Below are positions 49,523 to 63,517 of a stretch of DNA of 64,000 nucleotides, one piece after another. How positions within the stretch are numbered: the stretch's first letter is position 1; each line of letters begins with the position of its first letter. This stretch comes from Bigelowiella natans CCMP2755 (Eukaryota > Protista > Cercozoa), in contig ADNK01002519.1 in the NCBI GenBank assembly GCA_000320545.1, positions 254,430-318,429 of the forward strand. The letters are read 5' to 3'. The position numbers and the translations under genes were made by a program. Under the pieces are notes generated by a model. The model saw nothing but the letters and a program-made list of their open reading frames with translations, did not search any database and was not told where the DNA came from.

Positions 49523-50666
49523 AACCTTGGTAAGCTGTTGGTCAGGAGAGAGTGCCTTGGAGACCTATAGGAGGCGAGGCAGTTGGACAATACTATCATA
49601 TCTCAATCGTCGATTGTATTATACGTCAATAACGACCTTCACATCCATCGACAGGACTTTGCTCTCCACATTGGAAACAAATCTAAGAATTTTGACAATT
49701 TTCGTCCGTAGTGAAGACGGATGATGATGGCAACTTTTCAAGAAATTTTGATTGAAAAAATGATTGCAGATAGCAAGTAGTGGTTGCTATCGAGGCTTTC
49801 GTTCGTATCGATGCATGGTTGACACATGTCTCACCTCCGCACCACAGGCAAGCTTACGTCTGCTTCGAGCAACGCCCGTCGTATCTGCTTCATCGGCTTT
49901 TTGATGTTTTCTAAATATCACCAAATAAATCATATCTTCGCAAAACTTCACTCCAAATGGTGAATGGAAGCAGCATAGGCGGGGATTTTATTTCATCATC
50001 ACACAGTCACCTGCCGTCAGCTTCTCATTTTTGTTTAGTAGCGAAAAAGCGCCTGCAACAGCAATATCATAATGCCCATTCGATAAAACATTGCTATATC
50101 AGTACACTGATCTTGTTACTTTAATTTCACAGAAACACAAATCGTTTAATTAGAAGACTGAGAGCTGATTAAGATTCACCTGATAATGACTCACTGAGAT
50201 TGTCGAACATGCCTGTCAATTATTTGTATAAAGAAGGAGAGAGGAGCAATTAGACAACAAGCAGCTTGGCTTAGAGTCAAATTTGTGTTGCGTTGCGGGA
50301 ATCCTACTACCAGTTCTCTTCTTCTTCTTCTTCTTCTTACTACTACTACTACTAGTAGTAGTAGTAGTAGTACTACTACTACTACTACTACAAGTACTAC
50401 TACTACACTGTTCCTCAATCATATACTTCAAGCAAGCTATCGAGGTTTAGTGAAATGCGACCTCTAACCCGGGTCGCGGACCGCCGTCTCCCAATCATTT
50501 TCCCCCATCGCTTGTTGATCTGGCCGAAATCATTCTTCCGTCGAGATAGAAACAATGGTGAGATACTCTTTTTTGCACATATCCGCCCATATTTGGTCGT
50601 AGAGAACCCTGCTACTGGTGCTAGTAGCAGAGTAGCTTGGAGGAGGGTGGTCAAGAAACTTTGCAT
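44951..50666 (-). CDS. SRP54: Bacterial-type signal recognition particle protein Ffh / plastid SRP54 with N-terminal bipartite presequence; many exons
   Basis: [48 protein letters not shown]|[21 protein letters not shown]|ILGMGD, SMIDSMT..ER, C-terminal KGFG. The first exon is a hydrophobic signal peptide followed by an Arg/Lys/Ser-rich stretch. Confidence 0.92.
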
Positions 50667-51254
50667 CGACGAGCGAGCTCAGGTTAATTGAAGTGAATGC
50701 GAGCCACCAGATAATTTGCCTACCCTCCCTCCTGATGAACCAAAGTATGTCCTTCGGTTCTATATTCCTCCAATAGGTTGGTGGTCACAGCGACAGAACG
50801 GCGTGATCGCTTGAACAATGCAACCTCCTTTCGATGATCCCACTGGAAGCGACTGGCACAGAAGAAGGGGGGTACTTAAGCGTACTCTTGTGCTTGGAGA
50901 CACCGCAATTTATTCTCATAATGTTACGATATCTTAGGGTTAAAAATGTGCCCAAAGGCGCTTTGCATCAGGATGAAACACGGGCAAACCTTTGTCAAGT
51001 GTGCAACATTGCTGTATTAGGCACAAAATGACTGGTACTTTGCGAGCAGATGACTCTCAATAACTGCATCGCTCTCTCTGGTTGTCGCAGCATGAAATCC
51101 CTCTAGTTTTTGGTAATTTCTCCCGGAAGTACTCGAGATTGTCTGGAGAGTTCGGAGGTGTCCGGAGATGTGACTCTGGACGGGATCGCTTCATACGTGA
51201 CTCTTTGAACGGATGAAGTTCATCATCATTGTTCATTGTTCATTGATGAAGCTA

Positions 51255-51940
51255 CAGAAGCGGAATGGATCTTCCGACGCGAAAAGGATGCCAGACAATG
51301 ATGATAGAATGTCTAGTGGGAGGAGTTCGAAAGCACAGGTACTCATCCTACGAGGCTTGCGTTTAGAAGCATGAGCTTTGATGTGCAGTTTTCAGCGTGC
51401 GGAAATCAGATAGACTCAGTTGGCGCAACCTGGAAAGCACAGATTCGCTGTTCATCCGGGAAAAGTCTGCATCTCATCAAATTGACATTTTCCCTGAGAC
51501 ATCCTGTCAAAACTGCTGGAATCGCAGCGGTGTGGAAGGCGGCCAAAGAGAGACACTCGGATTTTGAAGGGTGCGTTCTCATTTCTGTTCTCCCAGAGGG
51601 AATTTTCGCGTGGAGGCAAAGCTAGCAAAGACTGCGTCAAAGATTTTGCCTGCCAATCCCATGTGAAACCCAATGGGAAAGTTGCAGAACATTGAAAAGT
51701 TGATGGTTTCCCCCAGCTAGCCAGCTGAAATCGGAGCTCGATCAGCACCTTTTTGTTCTTCCAGGTGCTCTGGAACTGGAGAAAAAGGAGACTCAATTCC
51801 ATGATGCACGAGAAATTCTGAAATTCTGCGATGCAGGCAATGGCGCGATGATCTGGTGAAGATTTTTTTGCTGTGTCATTTTGACAAAGACCACTTTGAT
51901 GAAAGACGTGTGCGTGAGACGAACGTGATGAAGTGATCAA
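51255..51940 (+). pseudogene. Possible decayed coding sequence or transposon relic
   Basis: Coding-like, microsatellite-free segment with GT/AG-bounded blocks; one frame is broken mainly by TGA codons (compatible with CGA>TGA). No family recognised. Confidence 0.3.
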
Positions 51941-52899
51941 ATCTTTTCAATGGTCATCTTGATGTGGCTGCATGCTGCTACTTTGCATCTGCTGATTTGC
52001 CTGCGATTTTTGTCACGTGTGTCATTCTGGCCATTCAGTTCAGCAGCAGATGGAGTGGCTAGCTAGGCACGTGGGCTTCACCATGCTTGCCAGCATGCAT
52101 GTCACATCGCGCAATCGCAACTTTTGCTCTTGCTAGCTTGGCATCGATCTCAATCATCATTTTTGGCATCGATCGCAGCCATTCGTTCTTGCCTCTGAAG
52201 TGGACAATCTGGCAGGTCCGCAGCTAGTAGGTGATGTTTTCGGTTGCGAATTTTGCGGCATTTCCCCTGCTGATTGCAGTTGGGAAAAAAGTTGGGGCAT
52301 GCTCGATGGTCCGCTGCCTGGATGCCAAAGTGTTGCTGTGCGGCATCGGCCATTCTCGCATTGCCGTGGCAGTAGCTGCGCCATGCTAGCATGCTGGCGG
52401 CAGTGCAACACGATTGGCTATCAGATCGATGCAACAAAATCCATGCAATGAAAAAGGAAAGTAGCCCTCATGTGAACATGTGGTCAACCCGGTTCTACTA
52501 TGAAACCAATTTAATTCAGCGATTTATAGTGTGCATGCAACCTTAAGTAGTATGCACTGAAATACCTAACAAGGCAATAAAGGATGCCACAACTTGAAGT
52601 GAACATGCTTAGATGAGTGGATCTTATGGCTGACAGATTTGTAAGATCTAAATTATCGTTGTAATGACAGAATGTAGTTGTACTAGGTGTAATATTTCCC
52701 CTCGATGCGCTCTCTATCAGAGCGCACTAATCATGAATTCGGGGGTGAGCTAGGATAGATGATCGTCACTTCTACTGTTCAGATGAACTTTGTGCTCGAT
52801 CAATTGTTCGCATTTGTAGATGCTTAGAATTTCATAAAGTGTGTGATTAATAATAGGTAATATGAGGCTCTTGTTTAGTTTTCGGGAGCCATAGTAGTT

Positions 52900-53236
52900 T
52901 TAGAACACGTGGCTAGATGGCCTGGGAGGTAGAGTTCGGCCTTGGAAGTGTCGCTGGCAAGACCAGATAGTGACACCAACGGTTGCTATTGACGCTGTCA
53001 TCAAAGTAGCCATGGCGGCTTTGTGCCATCCAATCTGTAAGTAAACAGCCGCAAAATTAGTAAACGCGAGGAGGTAGTTTCAAATGATACTGTCGCAGCA
53101 TTCGCGATTTGACACGACGAGAACCACAAGTATTTCTATGCTCGCTCATTTCTCAAAATATCCTCGTGATTAGCGAAAGACTGCTAGATAAACATCGACG
53201 CAGAGAGGATGCAAGCTGTCATAGTGTTCATGTTGC

Positions 53237-53270
<34 letters not shown>

Positions 53271-54703
53271 AGACGCTTATTATTACGATGGGTGCAATCT
53301 TCGGAAGCCACATATCCTGAAGCACCGCATACACCAGTCGAGGCTCTATACCGTTAACATTCGTGTTTTCCACACCGTACACCGTGTTGATTCCGAAAAA
53401 TCCTTCGTTTAAGTAGTGGTCAGGGAAGGCAGGCATGTACTGCCCACAGAGCGAAGGCTTCCAAATATTGAGGTTAGGGCATTCTACATGAGCCTGAGAA
53501 GATAAGGAGGTGGGTTCAACGTTGGAGGATGGTTAGTACAGGCAACAGTAGACTAACACAACACCAATAACACACATGCGAGTACTCTCTTTTCGTGGAT
53601 GTCTAGCTGAAAAAAGCACGGCCGCGCAGACTGGCAAGAGTGACAAGATTGATAGTTAATAACCTTGAAATCGCAGGTCTTTGGGTCGAACTTCTTATGC
53701 GGATAATGGTATTTCCACCCTCCGTTCTTTTTCTGCGGTAATTATTTGATGAGATTACATCAACAACGATATACCAATGATTTCTCTTCTGCCCCATGTT
53801 CATTCGTATTGCCAGACAAATATCATCTGATGTTTTTAGAACCCTAACCCATTTTCTTCTGAATTATTTTCGTTTTGAGCAATTCTCCTTCATCTATCTC
53901 CACGTGCATTAACCTTTTTCGTGTTGTCCGCACAAATATTTGTAGGGAATTTCGTGGTGGTTTTCCACGCCTCATCGATCCACGCCATGACATATCCGCC
54001 AAGTGCCTGAATGAAACCATTTATAACAAGCAGAGAAAGAAGAGAAAACAATTCAATACTAATGGTGTGTGTGTGTGCATATTGGATGCAGAAACTTTAA
54101 CGTGGTCATGTCATAAAAGGCACGACATAATTATCGGCGTTTTCACAGCTTATTTTCCCGGCATGTATATGCTAAAAAAATGCGCTGTTTGGCCGCACGT
54201 TCGGGTCAACACAAAGACCCCCACTATCCGTAAATAACACAGCATGTTTTCAAGAATGTATTCCACTTCTACTTACTCCTGCGCCTTCATGATAGGCTTG
54301 ATACAGCCGTCCGGCCAGAGCAGCAACCTGAAGAGATACAAGGACAGAAACAGAGAAAGAAAAGAAGAGGGGTGGATGAGTACCACGTGATTTGTCGTCG
54401 CAATTTCCCACCACTCGTTTGTTTAGACTTTAATCGCAAGATCCTGCCTCAACCATCCTCCTCCTCCTCCTCCTCCTCCTCTCACTACCGTTGCAGGTGC
54501 TAAACAAAAAGATCATCTTACCCATATGGCGTGTGTTTTCTGGTCTTCGCCATATCCCTTCGTTTCGTTGCCGGGACTATTGTAGCATGGAGTTGGGCAG
54601 TGCTGAGAGTAGAGATAGAGATTATGGTTAAAACGACTGTTGGGGGGGGGGGGGGGGAGGGGGGGGGGGGGGGGGGGGGGGGAGGAGGAGGAGGACACTA
54701 GTT

Positions 54704-54746
<43 letters not shown>

Positions 54747-57326
54747 TAATATCATCTTCCCCACCCCCTGTACCTTCTTAGTGCAGATGCCGCAAGAATC
54801 CATATAGGCGTCTACTCCATACTCGGTCACCGCCAACGGTTTGTCAGATGTTTTATTCACCTATAAACGAACGTGGGAAGGCGAAGGGCACGAAGGGCTC
54901 AGAGAATAAACTCAACCGATACGACAACCATGCTTGCAGTCAGCATGGAGAGGAATGAGGAGGGGAAGGGGAGGGGAATGTAGCTACTTTCAATAGTTTT
55001 TCTTACCTGCAAGATAAAATCGTTCTTCCCTTCTCCAAAAGTTTTCCCACGGTATATTTGCGCTGCCCAAAGATCTGAAATAACAGAAAATTAGCTTCTT
55101 TGCTCCTCCTCCTCCTCCTCCTCCTTTTGCTTCTTGTTGTTATTATTACCGATATTGGGCATCCAATGGCCAAACCGATCTATCCTATCAGCTAGGTTGT
55201 CAATATCAGCGAAGGTACTCATGATCAATCGGTAGTTTTCCTGAGAGAGTTTATTCACACACCACACATCAGTCAATTAGGCCAGCACTATGGAAGAAGG
55301 GTTTATTGATGATTTTAGTAGTTAGAAAGGATGACGATAAGTTTCACTTCCATCTCCTTCTTCTTCTTTTCCTTTCCCCGGGTACTATTACAACCAACCT
55401 GTCCTAAGTTCTTATGAGCTAGCTCAGCGGCACGGTCAATCTGGCAGCAGCAGCACAAGGAAGAGTTGGCAAATAGTAAGAGTAAGAACACGGGAAGAAT
55501 GATGATGCGGAGAAATGAGAGGGCGATGAAATCGAATGGAATCGCAAGTGAGATGAGCATTCGTGATTCTTAAAGTCGTCGTTACCCATTGGAACAGGTG
55601 CTTGTACAAACACGCGGTAGCGTTGTAGCACGGGCTAGTCTTGTTTTTGAAATCGAAGTTTCCACATCCCTGAGGCGCCGGTTGGGGCATCCAACCACAC
55701 CCATATCTACATACGATGAATGAAAGAAAAGAGGAGGAGGAGGAGGAGGAGGAGGAGGAGGAGGAGGAGGAAAGATTGAGCAACAACAATCATTTCACCA
55801 TTAGAATGCAATGGTGGCACTGCGGCTTAGTCAGAGAGTAGGGTGTCAGTCACTAACATTCCGTCTATTGCATAGATGAAGCCGTTCCAGCCTCCGTTAA
55901 TCTCGTTACCTTAAGTAATATTCACGATTCTGATGACGATGATGATGATGTTGATGATGTCGATGAAAATGCAAGCGGGGAAGGGGAGAGGGAAGAGAAT
56001 AATGAGGAAGCTGAGGTTACCCTACTCACTCCTCCCACAATGAAGTGTGGCACTGTTTGACTACTATTTCTCCCTGAAGTCTAATCTAGTAGGCAGCATA
56101 TTATAGGAAGTATACTACCGAAGGTCCAGCCAAGAATAGCAGGGTGATCTTTATACTTCCCTACCTGAAAAGAGAGAGAGAGAAAGTGAGGACGATGACG
56201 ACCTCGTCATTAAAAGCAGCAGCTGCGTGCTAGATAGATACAGTACTGATATATCGTGTAGTTGTCTGTACGATAATAAACCTGACGGCCGAAGTTCTGC
56301 GCGACTCTTTCCATGTCTTCCTTTGAAGTGATAGGGGTTTGCAGCGTGGACCCGAGAAAGTACGTGATTGTCACCTGAGATACATAATCACTTCACTTGG
56401 GGAAATAATACTCACGTTGCCTAGGGAAGATGTGGTCTCCTCGTTTCAAAATACAAATGGTAATCTACAATCACCTCAACTTTATTACCTTGATGTTGTT
56501 CGAGTGCGCCATGTCAAGAAACTTAGAGTGGTCCCTCGTAGTATTCCACGCGTATCTGAAAATTTGCGAATGTAAGAACTGTCCTTCAGCTCCCCAAAAT
56601 GACATACCCCCCCCCCCCACCCCCACTCCTGACAAGCAATCCCCAGTACTTACGTCCGAACACTGTTTGCTCCCATAGCATTCAGTAGAGGTAGATCTCG
56701 CACCCAGAAAGCCGAGTACTCATCAGTAAAGTAATCTCCATATGGAGCACCGTATCTGAGATATTGGGTGGAGAGGAAAATGTTAATACATCTTTGAGGC
56801 ATAATGAGAAGAGTTTCACTTACAATGGATCATCTCCCAGCGGAACAGGCGAATAAGCTACGCCCTTCACGAAGAAAGGCTCCCCATCTACGAAAAGCTT
56901 CTTCCCGCGCAGCTCGATGCCGCTCTTTGTTCCTTTGGTATTACGCGGTTTTGGAGGGGCGACGTGTTTGACAACCGGATGATGATGAGAGTGTTTCCCT
57001 CCCTCATGCTGTGATGAACGATGATGCACCCCATGCGTTGAAGCTACTGTTTGTTTCGGATGCTTAGATGGCAGTTCCTTTTTTGCTACGCCTGCTGCTG
57101 CTTTAGGGTGCTCCTTTGGAGTGGGGGTAGGAGCTGGATTTGTGGCAGTGGTGGGGTTTGCAGAAACTGTAGGTTTTTCGGTGGTGGTTTGGATGATGGG
57201 TACCTCAGGATTAACGACCTTTGTTGCTGATTTATGAGCCATGGCATGATAGGTGTATTGACCAGCCTCAGCCACGTCTCCGCACCACGTAACCACAGCG
57301 AGGAGCCCAACTAACAGCTGCGTCAT
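52900..57326 (-). CDS. Secreted clan GH-A (TIM-barrel) glycoside hydrolase, GH2/GH72/GH158-like; multi-exon, 3' end approximate
   Basis: Signal peptide; LFVDGEPFFVKGVAYSP; RDLPLLNAMGANSVR; KDHPAILGWTFG|NE (acid/base); KPLAVTEYG (nucleophile); GGYVMAWIDEAWK; NEGFFGI...PRLVY. Confidence 0.82.
54641..54742. repeat. Compound intronic simple repeat: long G run + (GAG)n + (GA)n; representative of dozens of intronic microsatellites in the window
   Basis: Directly visible. Similar (GT)n, (TA)n, (GA)n, (GAT)n, (TAG)n and (GAA)n arrays at e.g. 2288-2346, 2992-3024, 3535-3576, 11360-11446, 26462-26570 and 49040-49160. Confidence 0.95.
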
Positions 57327-58443
57327 CGGTGGGTAGGATAGGGGGAATGCAGTACAAACCGCGGATTGAGGAAAGAAAATAACTGACTACGGTCTGTAGG
57401 TTCAGTACTGGCTCAGGGCCAAATAGGGGACCACGAGGGGAGGCAACGTTCTTTCGTTCGCTTTCTTCTCATACATACACACTTGATCGTTTTCAGACAC
57501 AACCTGACAGAGAAAACGTAAATATATACGAAATTCCACCCTATTTTTGTGTAACGACTACTATATAATTTGCTTTTATAATATACTTATATGGCATTAT
57601 TCACTATGCTGGGAATCGTAATTTCCAACTCCAACACTTACAAGAAACGAGATCAAAGGCGATTTTCACCCAAATTGATCCACCGTCAAGAAATTATCGA
57701 ATGAAACATATTATGGTAGATTTTCAGTCAAATGTATCCATATGTAATTGTCGTTCTAATAAATTTTAGTATTTTTAGTTAAATAAGGACAAAAAATAGT
57801 GCATATTAATTCTGAACCGCCGTATAAATAGTGCCGCGCGATTTCTCTTGGTAAAAAAACAAAGAGAGAGACGTACCTTTCCATGCTTAACCGTAACATA
57901 TGATGTTCAATCATGGCGTATAAATTATTTGACCTCAATTTGCGGCTCGCTCCAAACAAGTGAATTGGATGTACCAAATTTAGCGTATTAATTCTTCGGA
58001 ATCAATTTACGTCCCACATTTTAAGATTCCGACAGGGAAGTATATGAAAGATTGACCTCCAAAGCAAAGGGATTCTATGTGAGCACGTCGCCGTTGTGCA
58101 ACAAATAAAAAAGGAGATGGTAAATCCCGAGAAGGATTGATGGATGGCAATGTGGTTTTCTGCTTTGCTTTTCCACTTCCATAGACTTCATCAATCAACA
58201 ATTATTTTGCGGCCGGAATGGCGGACCTCCACCTGCGAAGTGCCTTTTAACAGAATCAGCGGAAAAGGTGCGCATTTTCTCGGGCCGAAAGGTGATTTCT
58301 TTCCCCTCAATTTGTTCAGCTATATCTTTCATGGTTGTTTCCGGGTCTTTTGAAGATTCTTGAGTTAGGGCCCTTTAACAACGTGCCACGTTTTCAATTT
58401 GAACATCCTTGAGGAGCCTTTATGCCATATTTAGAAAGTTAAG

Positions 58444-59850
58444 ATGGACAGAGAATTCTCATCTTCGCTAAGGCAGCGAGCCCAGTTTGAACGAACGGGG
58501 GTTGTTGTATTAACTCTTGGCAGTATCCTAGTGATGGCCTTCTTGCAACAAGGACAGCCATCCCTTAGCCTCTCCCTCCCATCCGTTAATCGCAATGAGG
58601 GACAGGGAAAGTTTGTCGGAGCCCAAGTTCTTCGACTCAGTGGAGGAGGAAATAATGTAGAAATAGCTGATGAACGCGATGACGCTGTTGATGAGCTCGA
58701 GAACCTATCGAAAAGCGAGGCGATCGAAAAGCTTATCGAGGTACCAACGTTTTTGTTCATAGATGGTCAAAGCAAACAATACTCATACGGAAATTCACCG
58801 TGCACGTCACAGGATAAAGTTATAAGCTTGGAACATTTCTTAGTCCTCGTTGATCAAATGCTTTACTTTGTATGCTTGATTTGCCAGAGCATGAAGGATG
58901 TGGAGAGAAACTGGCCAACTGATGTTGTTGAGGACATGGAACGTCGGCGGAACGATCGTAATTTCAATCATATCTGTCCCGCATTCTCTTTCTATCATGC
59001 ATCCTTGATCCAACCACATTAATCCTTTTCAGCCCAAGACGATATGCACATGTGCTACGCCACCCCAGAATTGCAGGAGAGGTTCCAAAAGGTACTATGA
59101 AGAGTCGTTCAAATAGCAACAATAGTCGTTAAGTGTAACATTAAAACATTCTTTAGGTGGATGAAGAGCTCCGCGATGTGGAACAGAAGTACTTGCAGGT
59201 CGCTTGACTGTTTTCCTCAATAAGTAGAATGATGTCGTAGCTTCATCACTATCGCCATCAGTATGCATGACGCGACTTTGGTTCTTGATTGTCCAGGTAA
59301 GACGAAACTACACGATGAGACAGAAAGATAGCGTATCGCGGCGAGAACTTTGCAGATGGAAACGGAAAAAGGTATCATCATCTACCTAATACTTTGGATT
59401 CGGAGCAGCCTTTCCGCTTTATCATTCTCCATTCAGCAGAATTCAAACAAAAGGTGTTACTGATGTTGTTTTGTCGTTTTTGCTGTTGTTGCTATTATTG
59501 TTATTGTTGCGGAAATCGTAACTTTTCTAGCGAAATATCCAGAAAGTACGAAGCCGACTGCGGAAGGAGATATGGCGAAGGTGAGGAGGAGATGAAGAAA
59601 CGGGCATTGAGAGCACAGACGCACACACAACCCCCCCCCCCCCCCCCCCCACACACACACACTCTAGACAGAAAAACATTCAATGGATTTAGATGTAGCC
59701 ATTAGTTTGATAGTTTGTTTATATTCTTACTTCCCTTCCACTTCTCCTCCTCACCACCACCCTTTATTATAATATAACATTCCAGACATGACAAAGTTCT
59801 CCCCAGGCAGCCACACCAGATTCACAAGCGACAGATTGCTGGTGTGTGTT

Positions 59851-59912
<62 letters not shown>

Positions 59913-60667
59913 ATAAAATCAAAATGCCGTTGTTACTACTGTTCGTCGTTGTCGATGGTGGAGAGAAAGATGGGGGGGAAGTGAGAGAGAGAGGGGGGAG
60001 GATTGTGTTAATTCTCTGTTTTGAATAACTCGATGATTGCCATTTCTAGTTACCCATGGTTCATCCTCTGTTATTGTTGTTAATACTGCAGGTGGAGATC
60101 GGCCAGAACGTACATATATGGAGGTAGTATTATGTGCGTTGCACTCTCTCCTGCTGCATGATGTGGTACGCATCGTTGAATGATACGCTCTAAAACCCTC
60201 CTCTTCCTCTTCCTCTTTTTCTTCTTCATATTCTTCTTCTGCAGGTGTTCTGCAATGATCATCCTCGATGGATTGAGGATGATGGCCTACCAGGCCATTT
60301 CGTCAGGGTCCTCCACATGAATAGCATATCGTCATCACTGCGCTCTTCCCCTTACCATTACGCTGTGGTGACAACATTGCTGATGATACGCAGGACACAC
60401 CGGGAGATGGAGATCGTTATCTGAAGTTACACTGGATTATACGGTAGTAAGTAGCAGCAAGAAGGATGATTGGACCTACTGCTGTTGTCATGGTCGTCAT
60501 TATCTCGGTGTGGCGGCATTTATCCGTCTATCGTGCATTTGGTGCTGCGAAGCTTGCTCTCCCCCTAATCGTTGATATCATCTATTTCCTTTTCTAGCAA
60601 CAAGTTTCCGGATTATTGGGCACGAAGACTGTATGCAGAGGTCTCTCTCTCTCTTTCTCTCTCTCTC

Positions 60668-60707
<40 letters not shown>

Positions 60708-62209
60708 GTTCCATGGCAGTCCTTATTATCATCATTGCGTGTGTTTGTTTGTGTGTTTCAACAACTGCTGTGTGTATCTTGTATTATCAGGGCCGTACCG
60801 TAACGTATGCTATCGATTGGCAGCCCCACAACAACACGGAGACTGCAAAGGCCATTCTCAAGTGGTTTGAGGTCAATTCAATATAATGCTATGTATCTAC
60901 CACAAAACAAAATCAATCATTAATTGATGATGATGATGATGATTATGACGATTGTGATGATGATGTACATTGTAGCAATTTCAAATATATTCTGCATCGG
61001 TATTGTCCGGCCTGAATCCTCTCCCCATCGTCATCGTTGTTATTCTTTGTCATCGTCGTTATCCCCTCCACAGCGCACATGTACGAAAACTGGCGACAGA
61101 CGAGCGATGCTACAATTTCGTAGACAGGTCTTTATCCCCCCCCTCCCTTTGCTTTTAGTTGTTCCTTGGGGATGATTATTTGAACGAATATCATGATCAT
61201 CATCATCATCATGTGAGTGTGGATTGGCGTGCACACACGTGCTTGCGACGTATCGTCCTCTGGGAAATTATGTCGTTTTTCCATTTATAATAATGAATAA
61301 GATGGTTATGGCCGTTGTGTTTAGTACAATCTCTGGTATACGCGGAAGTTGTCTGTGTCGCAGGTAGAGGGGCAGGGAGGGGGTAGAGAGCAAAGAATAC
61401 GATGAGATCTTCGGATATATGATATATCATTAACGGACAGTTTATGCAATACAACCAAGATATCAATCATCGTCATATGTGATGCTTTTGGGATTGTACA
61501 TTATCATTCATAAATGTACACCACATGTCAGCACGCGCAAGATATCGGTCATAAGGTGATCTGGCCTATCAGAAGCCGTCGCCAAAGGTATTGACATGCA
61601 TTACTTATGAGAAAGAAATATCTACGAATTTATCCTTGTCGTAGGGACAACTTCACACAACTTCTACTCTGTCAGTAATTTTCCGGGGGGGGGGGGGAGG
61701 GGGTGAGCACGAGAATATGGCAAGGGGTATTGATGTTTGTGTAGTTAGATGGGATTTATTAGTATTTTTCGTAGCGATATCTATGTACATTGAAATAGGT
61801 TTTGAGATCGTGATTCAAGTACAATGTTGTTCATCCAACAATGTGACATCATGCCTCCTCCTCCTCTTCCCCCCTCCCCCCCTCAACTGCGCAGCCAAAT
61901 GTACGTTCTCCAGAAGGGCTTTCGAAATCTGGACGAAATCACAGAGGTTGGCATAGTATTAAATGAATAAGGGAAAACAAGCGCGGATCTTTCATGATGA
62001 TTCTTTTTATTCGTGAATTTTGATGAAGATGATGAAGATGAGCATATTTGAAGATACCCATCTCCCGTGTGATATGATATGATGTGGTTTGGTTTGGTGT
62101 GTGGTATTCATTTCCTCCTGTTTTCATCTCTTCTCAGCTGCAAAAGAATAAGGAATACGGTACATCAATATGTATTATGAGGATGTGTATGATGATGATG
62201 ATGACAATG

Positions 62210-62250
<41 letters not shown>

Positions 62251-63478
62251 ATCGCATAGTTGTTCATCATCACTTATGCATATCTCGGTATCATCATCTC
62301 TTGTTAATGTATACGTATCTTCTTCTTCTTCTTCTCAGTTTACCCTATCGAAACTGAATACGTCAAGGCAATGGAGAGGAGGTGAGGAAGGATGGCGCAC
62401 TTGCTAATCATCACCCCTTTGATGTTTGTTGTATTAATCAAAAGGATGATGAAGTAGAAGAGATAATTAAAATAACACTCACGTGCTAACTTACTTTCTT
62501 TCTTTCTTTCTTTCGAATGCGTTCCTTCTCTCTTCCATCAATCAATCAGAGCCGAAAAGCACAAGAGATATTGGGATCAACGAATGAGACGATACGACCC
62601 ACAGAAAGACTGCATGGTAGTAGTAGTAGTAGTAGTTGTTGTTGTTGTTGCACCAATACCAATACCAATAGTAGTAAGAGGAGGAAGAAGAGAAGCAGCA
62701 GCTTTCTCAGAGCGCAATATGTATTATAATCCTGCGATCATCATCCTTAGAGTAGAAGAGTAGTGATAATGGTGGATTATGATGATAATAATGATGGTGA
62801 TGAATGATGATGATGATGATAGGTACCGAGAGGATTTGGATTGCCGTACCAAGAACGCCAAGATCCTCCCATCAAACTATCTGCTAGGGTACTAGTACTA
62901 CTATAGTCGTGTTAGTAGTAGAAGAAGCAACAACAACAACAACAACACTAACAACACCTGTAGGTTGCTAGGCTTTGGGAATATCTTGTTCAAGGGAACA
63001 AATCTCACGTAAGAGAACCAACACATAGAGAAGAAGACGACAACAACAACAACAACAACAAGAAGAAGAAGAAGAAGAAGAAACAAATAGGAAAAAAAAT
63101 AGAGAAACCGATCCGAAGATCAGGAACTTAAGGAAGGTCTGATGTATCAGGAAAACCATCATCAGGAAGCTTTGTGCTGTGTCGATCCCATAAACAGATT
63201 AGGAGGAGGAGAGGGGGGGCATGAATAATAGTCATATTATAGTTATATCCTCATATCATCACCTTCTTCTTCTTCTTCTTGTTCAGCTCTATAGCCTGGA
63301 GCAGCTGCGGTACATTGCACAAAAGAACCTTGTTCGCAAGGTATGCTATCGATAGATATAACCACCACCACACAAAGCACGGTTTGAATAATTCACCTTG
63401 CGTTCATTTATTTATTGGAAATGTTCGCATTGATTCCCTGTGTGTTTGTGTGTGTGTGTGTGTGTGTGTTTCTTCACG

Positions 63479-63517
<39 letters not shown>

